This document shows, piece after piece, positions 9,305 through 17,783 of a DNA stretch of 52,712 bases (position 1 is the stretch's first letter; the number at the start of each line of letters is the position of its first letter). The notes beneath the pieces were generated by a model. It had not been told where the DNA came from. It saw nothing but the letters and a program-made list of their open reading frames with translations, and made no database searches. Source of the stretch: a virus (taxonomy: Duplodnaviria; Caudoviricetes); IMG/VR virus record IMGVR_UViG_3300021520_000236, positions 1-52,712 of that record; one strand, given 5' to 3'. The translations under genes were made by a program, and so were the position numbers.

Positions 9305-9582
9305 AAACCCACTCCGAGCTTATAGCCTACCAAGCAACCCTTGACCCTATCCGTGATTATTTCCTGATTATGGAGAGGCCGGTGGGGAGCTTCACCTGGA
9401 CATTTGCAAAGATTGCCACGGATGAGAAGTCCGCAAATCAAAAGGCAATCGACATCGCGATGACAGGAACCTGCACACGCATCATCCGGGGGCAACTCCC
9501 CCGGATGCCGGATGAGACGTTCAATTACGCCACCCTCGCGGATGGCGACACACAATTCAATATCACGCCTAGCGATCCATGA
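9301..9582 (+). CDS. Hypothetical protein
   Basis: ATGA-coupled to both neighbours. Confidence 0.55.
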   Translation: MKTHSELIAYQATLDPIRDYFLIMERPVGSFTWTFAKIATDEKSANQKAIDIAMTGTCTRIIRGQLPRMPDETFNYATLADGDTQFNITPSDP

Positions 9583-9977
9583 TCCTCTCCCCCGACTTCT
9601 TCCACCACTGGAAAACAGTGACGTTGCAGGCCGAGCACGGGACGGAAGGCGTGCTGGCGCTAATCCGGCTATGGGCGCACTGCTACGAGCGCCGCGCTGA
9701 GACGTTCAGGGCCACGCCAGACATCCTAAAAGCGATAACCGGGCTCAACGGCAAGGTTGACGCCTTCGAGGGCACCTTGACGGCTTTGCGGCTCATTGAG
9801 AGAGACGGAGAAAATATCACCATGCGCGGCTGGAAGGATGTCCACAAAAAGCTGTTTTCTTCGTCTCAAAACGGACGGTTTGGAGGCCGCCCAAAACAGA
9901 GCGAAAAACAGGCCGAAAAAGAGCGTCAGGAAAAGCCGAAAAAGGACAAGAATCCGGCCAAGAATTTCAGACTCTGA
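9579..9977 (+). CDS. Phage replication initiator, N-terminal domain only
   Basis: PDFFHHWKT..L, LIRLWAHC, NG..GGRPK; directly upstream of iterons and DnaB. Confidence 0.65.
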   Translation: MILSPDFFHHWKTVTLQAEHGTEGVLALIRLWAHCYERRAETFRATPDILKAITGLNGKVDAFEGTLTALRLIERDGENITMRGWKDVHKKLFSSSQNGRFGGRPKQSEKQAEKERQEKPKKDKNPAKNFRL

Positions 9978-9988
9978 ACAGAGTAAAA

Positions 9989-10096
9989 TAACCTAACCAT
10001 AACCTAATGTATAACCTAAATGTAACCTACACTCTTGAGATAGAAGGAAGGATACTTCCTTCGGAAGTAGCGCTTTCGCGCTGCGCCAAGAGGCGC
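9989..10096. repeat. Probable replication origin: four TAACCTA iterons followed by three small hairpins
   Basis: TAACCTA at 9989, 10000, 10012, 10023; hairpins TACTTCC-TTC-GGAAGTA, AGCGC...GCGCT, TGCGCC...GGCGCA. Confidence 0.7.
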
Positions 10097-10128
10097 ATCG
10101 CAAGCGCCGACCACTCCAAAAACCACCG

Positions 10129-11406
10129 ATGAAAACCGAAAACAATTTCACCCGCCAGGACAACCGGCAGGAATCACCAAAACCACTTCCGAGAAACGAG
10201 GCGGCAGAAATGGCGTCAATTTCGATTCTCTGTCAGGATTGGCGACTACTCAATTCCACATGGACGGAAGACCTGTTCCTGAACCCGGCCCACCAGCTCA
10301 TCCTCCGAACCATCCGCGCCTGCAAAAACCAAGGAAAGCCGAATGGCGATCTGTTCGCGCTTCAGGCCATGCTGGAAGACAACGGCAAGCTCGCAGATGC
10401 CGGTGGACCGTCCTACCTGACGGAAGTCTTCATCGCCTACCCGACTCCCAGCTCAGGCATCCTTTCGGACTTCCGGCAGGACTTGGCGAAGGCGAGAGCC
10501 TACCGAAAGGCGCTGGCCGTCACTTCCGGTAACGAGCGCGACATCGCCACAGGACGCGCCGACCTCGCTGCCATCGCTTCAGAACTCCTCGCCGCTTCTG
10601 GTGACGACGCTCCGGTTGCAACGTTCAAGGATCAGCTTTCCGATTTCGTCACAAAGCTGGAATCCAAAGAAGCTCCTGAACGCTTCGGCTTCGGCGTCTA
10701 TGGCCTGGACGAACTCGTCTTGAAAGGAGGCATCGAGCGCAAGACGCTGGCAGTCGTTGCCGCCGAGACTTCTGGCGGAAAGTCGATTCTGCTACTGCAG
10801 CTTGCATTGGAATCCGCCATCGAAGGCAAGTCCGTCGCGATCTACTCGCTCGAAATGTCCGCAGATCAGGTCATCAACCGCATGGCTTCCTGCGCCGGTA
10901 AGTGCCAGATCCTACGGCCCGACGAAATCAAGACTACCGCAGAGAACGTCGCGATCCGTAACGCGATCACCAAGCTCGCCGGATTAAAACTCCACATCCG
11001 CGACAACATCAGCAGCATCGAGGACATCGAGGCCGACATTTCCGACTTGAAGGCGACAACCGGCGTCGATCTTGTCGTTGTCGATTACATCCAGCTCGCC
11101 AGTTCGACGGCCAAGGGAAAGAACGACAACCGGGAGCAGCAGGTGAGCGAGGTTTGCCGTAGGCTCAAACTCCTTTCGCTGTCGCACAATGTCGCCGTTG
11201 CTACCGCTTCGCAACTCAACGACGATGGCCTTCTCCGCGAGTCCCGCGCAATCGGGATGCACGCGGATTACGTCCTGCTGATTCTCCACGATGCCGGGAA
11301 GACTTCGATTGTCACCAAGAAGAACCGCAACGGTGAGCGCGACAAAAGCACTTCCGCTCGCATGATTGGAAGCCAGTTTCGCTTTGAATGGGAGCCAATG
11401 CCATGA
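10129..11406 (+). CDS. dnaB: DnaB-like replicative helicase
   Basis: LPRN..AE, Walker A AETSGGKS, YSLEMS, VVVDYIQL, SQLN, RESRAI, KNRNG. Confidence 0.92.
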   Translation: MKTENNFTRQDNRQESPKPLPRNEAAEMASISILCQDWRLLNSTWTEDLFLNPAHQLILRTIRACKNQGKPNGDLFALQAMLEDNGKLADAGGPSYLTEVFIAYPTPSSGILSDFRQDLAKARAYRKALAVTSGNERDIATGRADLAAIASELLAASGDDAPVATFKDQLSDFVTKLESKEAPERFGFGVYGLDELVLKGGIERKTLAVVAAETSGGKSILLLQLALESAIEGKSVAIYSLEMSADQVINRMASCAGKCQILRPDEIKTTAENVAIRNAITKLAGLKLHIRDNISSIEDIEADISDLKATTGVDLVVVDYIQLASSTAKGKNDNREQQVSEVCRRLKLLSLSHNVAVATASQLNDDGLLRESRAIGMHADYVLLILHDAGKTSIVTKKNRNGERDKSTSARMIGSQFRFEWEPMP

Positions 11407-11885
11407 CTTACATCGGCATCGACAATGGTGTCAGCGGCGCTCTGGCCGCCATCTCCCCACACTCCCAGATCGTCTCTGTCCTCCCCATGCCGACACTCAA
11501 GTCCAGAAAAGGAAACGAGATCGACATCCTTTCCGTCTGGCAGTGGCTGGAGGGATTAGGCCGGCACAAGCTCACGGTCACGATCGAGGAGCCGGGAGGC
11601 AGCAAGAGCGCCAAGGCCGCCACCTCGATGGCGGGATCGTTCCACGCACTGCGCTCCTTGTGCGTGCTCAAGGGGCTCAGGTGGCACCGCATCACCCCCC
11701 AGGCATGGCAGAAGGAACTGCTCCCCGGATGCAAGGCGGGGGATAGCAAACCGAGGGCGCTGGCCGCCGCACGCCAGCTCTGGCCGAGTGAATCCTTCCT
11801 CGCCTCAGATCGCTGCCGTGTCGCCCATGACGGGATCGTGGATGCGGCGCTGATCGGGGAATGGTCCCGCCGGAATAATTTATGA
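11403..11885 (+). CDS. RuvC-like Holliday junction resolvase
   Basis: YIGIDNG, IEE, P..WQK, HDGIVDAALI. Confidence 0.85.
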   Translation: MTYIGIDNGVSGALAAISPHSQIVSVLPMPTLKSRKGNEIDILSVWQWLEGLGRHKLTVTIEEPGGSKSAKAATSMAGSFHALRSLCVLKGLRWHRITPQAWQKELLPGCKAGDSKPRALAAARQLWPSESFLASDRCRVAHDGIVDAALIGEWSRRNNL

Positions 11886-11986
11886 GGAAGAGCGCACGGT
11901 GATCGAAGTTGAGGGAATTTAGACGATTCGCAAAAAATAGCTTGCAATTCAAACTTTCGTCCAGCACTCCGCAACCGCCGACCAAT

Positions 11987-12382
11987 ATGTTCACCCAGCT
12001 CGAAGAAGATTCAGAGATCGCATCATTCAGAGATGATCCCATTGATACCATCGAACCGTTCGCGATAACTCCAAATCCAATCAGGGACGCAAAGATACAA
12101 GTCATCGTATTCATGCAGGGCGTTCTGCAATACCTGAAGGACGCCAAGACAGACACAGAGCGCGGGCTAAGGCTCGACATAGCGTGCATCGCATTACGTC
12201 ACGTCACTGTGGATGGACTCGGGTTCAATGATCTTCCCAAGATGCACAAGGTTGATCGCCAGATTGCCAATCATCACGTCAAGGCATTCCAGCGAAACAA
12301 CCACATGGACATTCTCGATGGGCAGAAGAAAACCGAAGCACGCGCCACTTATCACAAAACCAGAAAGTCACAACTCCAATGA
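11987..12382 (+). CDS. Hypothetical protein with HTH-like segment; candidate late-gene regulator
   Basis: Position at end of early arm; LGFNDLPKMHKVDRQIANHHV. Confidence 0.45.
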   Translation: MFTQLEEDSEIASFRDDPIDTIEPFAITPNPIRDAKIQVIVFMQGVLQYLKDAKTDTERGLRLDIACIALRHVTVDGLGFNDLPKMHKVDRQIANHHVKAFQRNNHMDILDGQKKTEARATYHKTRKSQLQ

Positions 12383-12912
12383 ACGAACTCACAACATCAC
12401 TCGTAACAAAGATCAACACTGCCCACAGCGCAGCAATGCAGTGTGGCGAATCTCTCAAATCAAACCTGGTTGAAGGCGCAAACAAGATGCGCGAGACAGG
12501 GATCTATCTCCTCGAACTCAAGGAGGCAACGCCTCATGGGTCGTGGCTCGGCATGTTCGCCAGCAATTCAAATTCAAATCCCGTTTTGAATTTCACCGAC
12601 CAGACGGCGAGGAATTACATGTCATTCGCCAAGGCAAACCCGGAACCAATCGAGGACATTGCCGGCGGCATCGGTTCACTCAAGGCGCTGATGGTGGAAT
12701 GCGGAGCATTGCCGAAGCCAGAGCGCATCGAGCAGAACGCAAAGGAGGAGAAGCAGCAGTGGCTATCACTCCTTCTCAGGGCAACCGGTAGCCTGACCGC
12801 AGCCATCGAACACAACCCGCTCAAAGAGTGGGACGAGATGCGCCGGGTCACGTTCATTGAGAAGGCAAAGCCCATCGTGCAGCTTTTCATACAGGCAGGG
12901 GGGAAGGTTTGA
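12379..12912 (+). CDS. DUF3102-like protein
   Basis: G.YLLELK...PHGSW and TARNYM. Confidence 0.7.
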   Translation: MNELTTSLVTKINTAHSAAMQCGESLKSNLVEGANKMRETGIYLLELKEATPHGSWLGMFASNSNSNPVLNFTDQTARNYMSFAKANPEPIEDIAGGIGSLKALMVECGALPKPERIEQNAKEEKQQWLSLLLRATGSLTAAIEHNPLKEWDEMRRVTFIEKAKPIVQLFIQAGGKV

Positions 12913-12913
12913 A

Positions 12914-13831
12914 ATGCCGACCGGACGATACATCAGTAAGCCGTCAGAATTGGAAGTCCTGCACGGGGATGAGATTGTACGGATGTATTGCGACGAATTG
13001 ATTGGTTCAGCACTGATCGCAAAGCGCCTCCCTGTGTCGAAGAAATTTTGCGAAGCCTTACTGAAACGCAGAGGATTGTATAAAACGGCAAATATCCCGA
13101 GACGTGGAGGCGGCAGGATTGCTGAAGTTCTACCTTGTGGATACACAAAAACGGAACTGCGAGAAATGGAAGCGGACTTCAATCGCGAATGGAGCGGCGT
13201 GGTCGACAATTACTGGACGGGGATAAACGCGGCCAGATTTGGTCTTGATAAATCGTTATCTGACGGAATGGCGCGCTACTGGATAAATCACGAGCAATCA
13301 AAGGCGAGAAGCCGGGCAAGCGCCCGCAGAACGTGGGAGAAAGTAAAGTCGGACCCTGAGCGCAAAGAAAGGAAATTAGAGCAAAACAGGCAATGGTATC
13401 GAAACAACCCGGTTCGCCGTAAAGAGCTAGCCAAATTATGGAGAGCAACACTCTCTCCTGAAAGGAAAAGAGAATATGCAAGGAGAGGACGAAAACAGCC
13501 AACAAGCAAGGTCCGCCATAATTTGCGAGCGAGAATCCGCAAAATTGTCAGACTAGAATCTCATTCGTTCAATTCACTCATTGGATGCACGGGAAAACAG
13601 CTAAAGCAATACATCGAAGCACAATTCAAGAGGGGCATGACGTGGGAAAACTACGGATCTTTTTGGCATATAGATCACATCCAGCCATTGGCCTCATTCA
13701 ACCTCGCTGACAGAAATCACCTCATACTTGCCTGTAATTGGATGAATCTGCGCCCGCTACCAGCCAAGGACAACATGGAGAAGTCAGACTCGATCACTCA
13801 ACCTCAATTACATCTCGCATTGTGTATATAA
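12914..13831 (+). CDS. HNH endonuclease
   Basis: MTWENYG..WHIDHI.PL.SF...NLRPL...DN..K. Confidence 0.88.
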   Translation: MPTGRYISKPSELEVLHGDEIVRMYCDELIGSALIAKRLPVSKKFCEALLKRRGLYKTANIPRRGGGRIAEVLPCGYTKTELREMEADFNREWSGVVDNYWTGINAARFGLDKSLSDGMARYWINHEQSKARSRASARRTWEKVKSDPERKERKLEQNRQWYRNNPVRRKELAKLWRATLSPERKREYARRGRKQPTSKVRHNLRARIRKIVRLESHSFNSLIGCTGKQLKQYIEAQFKRGMTWENYGSFWHIDHIQPLASFNLADRNHLILACNWMNLRPLPAKDNMEKSDSITQPQLHLALCI

Positions 13832-13945
13832 AACAACACTACACCGTCATGGGGACTCTCTTTTTACCCCTATTAGCCAGCAAGTGCCCGCGAAGACGAT
13901 GAGGTTTTGTATAAAAAGCTGCAAAATCCGAAATCACCCACCAAG

Positions 13946-14581
13946 ATGAGCAAAAAGAAACAAAGTCAAACGACATTGGCCGAGTCATTATCCAGACTCA
14001 GCCGCCCGCGCGACTTTGCTTTTGAAGTTGCACCGCGACACATCGTGCGAAAAGTTTACGACGCGCTGAACGCGCGGAAGCGGGCCGCTCGCCGGATGCT
14101 GATCAAAGCAGAAAATGCCAGAACGCTTTGCCTCGCAATTTCCGACCTTGAACCCGGCAGCCAACTCCACGCGGTGACGCCAGGAAACTTCGTTTTCTGC
14201 GAACTCCTGATCCAACTTTGCACGGCCATCAAACCGAAGAAGCTCACGCTCGCGACCTTGAGCCTGAGCGTCGGGAACGTGGACGCGCTCAAACTCGCGA
14301 TTGACGATGGACGAATCCGCCAACTGGATTTTCTCATCTCCGACTATTTCGCGAACGTGAACAAGCCGATCATGGGCGCGATGGAACAAGCCGCAATCGG
14401 GCGAAAATGGAAAATCGCGAAAGCGCGAAACCACGCGAAAGTTGCGCTATTCGATTGCGGACTCGTGATCGAAACGAGCGCGAACCTGCGGAGCAGCGAC
14501 AACATCGAGCAAATCACCGCCGTCCATGATGTTGAACTTTACGACTTCCACCGGGAATGGATCGCCAAACTGATCCCATGA
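13946..14581 (+). CDS. PLD-family (HKD-like) nuclease-domain protein
   Basis: NHAKV....D....ETSANL.....EQ. Confidence 0.7.
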   Translation: MSKKKQSQTTLAESLSRLSRPRDFAFEVAPRHIVRKVYDALNARKRAARRMLIKAENARTLCLAISDLEPGSQLHAVTPGNFVFCELLIQLCTAIKPKKLTLATLSLSVGNVDALKLAIDDGRIRQLDFLISDYFANVNKPIMGAMEQAAIGRKWKIAKARNHAKVALFDCGLVIETSANLRSSDNIEQITAVHDVELYDFHREWIAKLIP

Positions 14582-15192
14582 AAACCCGCGTCCGCATCAC
14601 CCCGAAGCAGGCCGAGGAGATCCACGCGGCAACGATCAAAAACATTGTGGACAAAGTGGCAGCCGGAGGAGTCCCGACCAAACGGGAAAGCGACATGCTC
14701 AAAGCCGCCACGAAAGAGGCCCCCGAAAGAGTCAAAGGCGGGCTCATGGCAGCATCCATCTCGGCTGCCGCGGCAATGATGGATTGCTCTCCGGTGGACT
14801 TGAAGCGGGCAAAGAAAAACGGAGCCCCAGGCTTTCGGTCCAACGGGAGCGTGTGCATCTCGGAACTTCGGCCTTGGTTGGACGAAAACCGGGACGCACT
14901 TGGAGGTGATGAGAAGTCCTCTCTCGAATGCCGCCGCCTCCTAGCCCAGTGCGAAAAGCTGGAATTCCAGAACGAGGTGGAACGGGGAACCTACACGCAC
15001 AACGACCTCCTACGAGAACAGGGAATGCGGATCGGAGCGGCAACCAGATCCGAACTCCTGCGATTCAAGGCCGATGTTCCGACATGGGAAGGACTGCCGG
15101 CCGCCGAAATGGAAAGACGGGTATCAACCTTGAACGATTCGATATGCAAATCCCTCAATGACGCCCTCTCGAAAATCTACGCCAAGCCATGA
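14578..15192 (+). CDS. Terminase small subunit (Nu1-like)
   Basis: wHTH plus coiled coil ending VERG; overlaps the large terminase start. Confidence 0.75.
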   Translation: MKTRVRITPKQAEEIHAATIKNIVDKVAAGGVPTKRESDMLKAATKEAPERVKGGLMAASISAAAAMMDCSPVDLKRAKKNGAPGFRSNGSVCISELRPWLDENRDALGGDEKSSLECRRLLAQCEKLEFQNEVERGTYTHNDLLREQGMRIGAATRSELLRFKADVPTWEGLPAAEMERRVSTLNDSICKSLNDALSKIYAKP

Positions 15193-17033
15193 GCGCGGAG
15201 GCACTGATTGATTCTTACGCGGCTGCATGGGAACCGGAAGACCGCCGCCCAGCCTGCGAGTGGGGAGCGGAATTCGTGAGACCTCCACAGTCGGCAAGGT
15301 CAAGCCAGTTTGACGTTTCGGCAACTCCTTGGCTACGCGATCCGATAAACTTGATTCCAGACAACCGATTCAAGGAGATTGTTTTGATCATGCCGACCGG
15401 AGCGGGAAAAACGACCGTGTTTGATGTTTCAATTGCCCGCGCGATTGATACCGACCCCGGCGGAATACTTCTCACTTTACAAAACGACGTTGAAGCCGAC
15501 GCCTATTGGGAGGAACGGCTGATCCCGATCATTGACGGAATCGACAAGTTGCGCCGGATGATTCGCGGGCTCCCGCGAAATAAGCGCAAGCGCGGGTTTA
15601 TCGCCTTTCCCCACATGACCCTCTATTGCAGCTCGGCCAAATGGAAGGCGCTTCAAAGAAAATCTGTCCGATATGTTTTCCTCGATGAAGCCTGGATGAT
15701 GCCTCACGGTTTCATCGGCGAAGCCCGCGCCCGCACCCATGACTGCTGGAACCAGCGCGTTGTCATCGTCTCGCAAGGTGGAACGCGCTTCGTCGAACGC
15801 AACGGGGAAATCGTCCTATCCGAACTCGAAGAGGCATGGTCGCGGACAGACCGGCGCGAGTTCTCGATGGTGTGCCCCGAGTGCGGGCACGTTGAAGCAT
15901 GGAAGCACGCAAACCTCTGCTGGGAGAATGCCGAGACACCCGACGGCGAGATTGACGAAAAGGCCATCGTGGAAAGCGCCCGCTACAAATGCCCCGGCCC
16001 ATGCGCGACCGAGTTCCCAGACAAGCCAGAAGTGCGGCGACAGTTGGCGCAAAGCTCGATCTATGTGCCGACCAACGACCGTGCCCTTCCGAAGCACGCC
16101 GGGTTCCACGTCCACGGATATGCGCTTTACTACGTCCCATGGGGCGAGCGTGCATTGCGGTGGAAGCGCGCGAATGTTGCCAAGCGGCTTGGTGATTTGG
16201 AGAAACTGAAAATCCTCATCCAAAAAGATTTTGCAGAGTTCTGGGAGGAAACCGAGCACAGATTCAGCGGGTTCAAGTCAGACGCGCCGCCATCTGATTT
16301 CGTGATTGTCGAGAACAACGACCGCTTTCCCGGACTTCCCGCCGGATTTCCTTGGGAAGACGAATACCAGCGTTTCCTCGTGGCTGACTACCAGGAACTC
16401 GACGGCAAGTATTTCGTCGCGGTGGCCGCGGCATTCAGCAAGAGCGGGATTCCGAAAATCCTCTGGGCTGGCCGGCTGAACTCAGCCGACGACCTCCGCG
16501 CGAAACAGATCGAACTCGGGATCAGCGGCCGGCGCGTCGGGATAGACTGTGCCGACAACACGCCCGACGTGAACGCGATTTGCAGCAAATTCGATTGGCT
16601 GGAACTCTTGGGGAGCGACCGGAAGGATTGGCCGCACACGAAAGGGAGGCAGGTTTTTTACCAGCCGTGGAGCAGGCCGGAACGGATCGGCGGCGTGCGC
16701 GACGCCTGCTGGCGGGCATCATGGAGCAACGACTACTTCCACGACCTTCACGCCCAGAAGCTCATGGGTGGGCCGCTGGCCTACAAAGTGCCGGGAGACA
16801 TCGAGGACATGGCCGCTTACGTTGACCCAGCGACCCAGAAGCCGACCGGATTCTGGCCACAGATGAGGGCAAATCAAAAAGTGATGCGCGAGAACAAGGA
16901 TACCGGCAGAAAGGTTTCCAAATGGATTCGCATCGGAAAACGACCGGACCACTACCGCGACGCGCTCTGCATGCTCAACGTCATGGCCGGAATCGGCGGA
17001 TGTCTGGGACACACGTTTGAGAGGGAGAAATGA
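15189..17033 (+). CDS. Terminase large subunit, lambda GpA family
   Basis: TPWLR, PTGAGKT, VFLDE, CPECG, C-terminal DHYRD. Confidence 0.92.
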   Translation: MSAEALIDSYAAAWEPEDRRPACEWGAEFVRPPQSARSSQFDVSATPWLRDPINLIPDNRFKEIVLIMPTGAGKTTVFDVSIARAIDTDPGGILLTLQNDVEADAYWEERLIPIIDGIDKLRRMIRGLPRNKRKRGFIAFPHMTLYCSSAKWKALQRKSVRYVFLDEAWMMPHGFIGEARARTHDCWNQRVVIVSQGGTRFVERNGEIVLSELEEAWSRTDRREFSMVCPECGHVEAWKHANLCWENAETPDGEIDEKAIVESARYKCPGPCATEFPDKPEVRRQLAQSSIYVPTNDRALPKHAGFHVHGYALYYVPWGERALRWKRANVAKRLGDLEKLKILIQKDFAEFWEETEHRFSGFKSDAPPSDFVIVENNDRFPGLPAGFPWEDEYQRFLVADYQELDGKYFVAVAAAFSKSGIPKILWAGRLNSADDLRAKQIELGISGRRVGIDCADNTPDVNAICSKFDWLELLGSDRKDWPHTKGRQVFYQPWSRPERIGGVRDACWRASWSNDYFHDLHAQKLMGGPLAYKVPGDIEDMAAYVDPATQKPTGFWPQMRANQKVMRENKDTGRKVSKWIRIGKRPDHYRDALCMLNVMAGIGGCLGHTFEREK

Positions 17034-17284
17034 ATATGACAGCTTCTGAAAGAATGAAACAATGGAGACGACAGAATCCAGAAAAAAACCTGATGTCTCG
17101 TCGTCGGCGAAACGCAAGGCTAAGGGGTGTTTCAGTGGATGAGATAGTCCCGAAAGGCCAAGTTAAGTGCGTCGAATGCGGGAACGTGATTTATCAGGAA
17201 AAACTTTTAACTGATGGAGGATGGAGGATAAATTTAACATCCTGTATGTGCCCGGAATGCGCTGCTGAAAGAGACACTTTTTGA
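17030..17284 (+). CDS. Small zinc-finger protein
   Basis: CVEC...CMCPEC; ATGA overlap. Confidence 0.55.
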   Translation: MNMTASERMKQWRRQNPEKNLMSRRRRNARLRGVSVDEIVPKGQVKCVECGNVIYQEKLLTDGGWRINLTSCMCPECAAERDTF

Positions 17285-17287
17285 CAC
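17280..17287 (+). promoter_or_regulatory. TTTGACAC late-region motif, copy 1 of 6 (TTGACA also at 17513, 19381, 19884, 23590, 30004)
   Basis: Same 8-mer on the same strand at six late-region positions, five of them at gene junctions. Confidence 0.7.
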
Positions 17288-17299
17288 CACCGCCAAACC

Positions 17300-17415
17300 A
17301 AGGGTAAGCCGTGAGAGCCGAGCGAGTAAGCCCTCCCGCCTGATTTTGCCGGGAGGCGTTCATACCGGGCAGCCGCCCCGCTGCCCGCGCGATCCACGGA
17401 ACGGGGCAAAAAAAT
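17300..17415 (+). ncRNA. Candidate structured RNA / tRNA leader
   Basis: Non-coding, GC-rich; stems CCTCCCG/CGGGAGG, CGGGCAGC/GCTGCCCG and competing GCCCCG/CGGGGC. Confidence 0.35.
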
Positions 17416-17416
17416 T

Positions 17417-17493
17417 GCCAGGGTGGAGAAGTTGGTTATCTCGCCAGCCCCATAAGCTGGAGATCGCAGGTTCAAATCCTGCCCCTGCAACCA
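17417..17493 (+). tRNA. Phage tRNA-Met(CAT), fMet-like but atypical, with encoded CCA
   Basis: D stem GAGA/TCTC, anticodon arm CCAGC-CCCATAA-GCTGG, T arm GCAGG-TTCAAAT-CCTGC, 3' ACCA. Confidence 0.88.
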
Positions 17494-17531
17494 ATCGCCC
17501 AGCGCCAATTTTTTGACACCATGTCAAAAGC

Positions 17532-17783
17532 GTGGCTCTTCCATCCGGTTTATTTGAATTTTTCACGCTCGCGCAGGTTCAGGCGATCCATGCCAAAGCC
17601 GCCGCGATGCTTGCCGAGGGGAAGACCGTAATGAGCTGGTCCGGGGAAGGCAAAGGCGGCGGGAAACAGTTCACAATGCCGGTTGATCAGGTTCTTGCAG
17701 AGTGCAACTACCGACTACGGCAACTCACCGGCAATCCTATTGTCCGCAGGGTTAAAGCAGACTTCAGCAAAGGAGTAAGATGA
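17532..17783 (+). CDS. gpW-like head completion protein
   Basis: 83 aa between GpA terminase and portal (lambda order A-W-B). Confidence 0.7.
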   Translation: MALPSGLFEFFTLAQVQAIHAKAAAMLAEGKTVMSWSGEGKGGGKQFTMPVDQVLAECNYRLRQLTGNPIVRRVKADFSKGVR

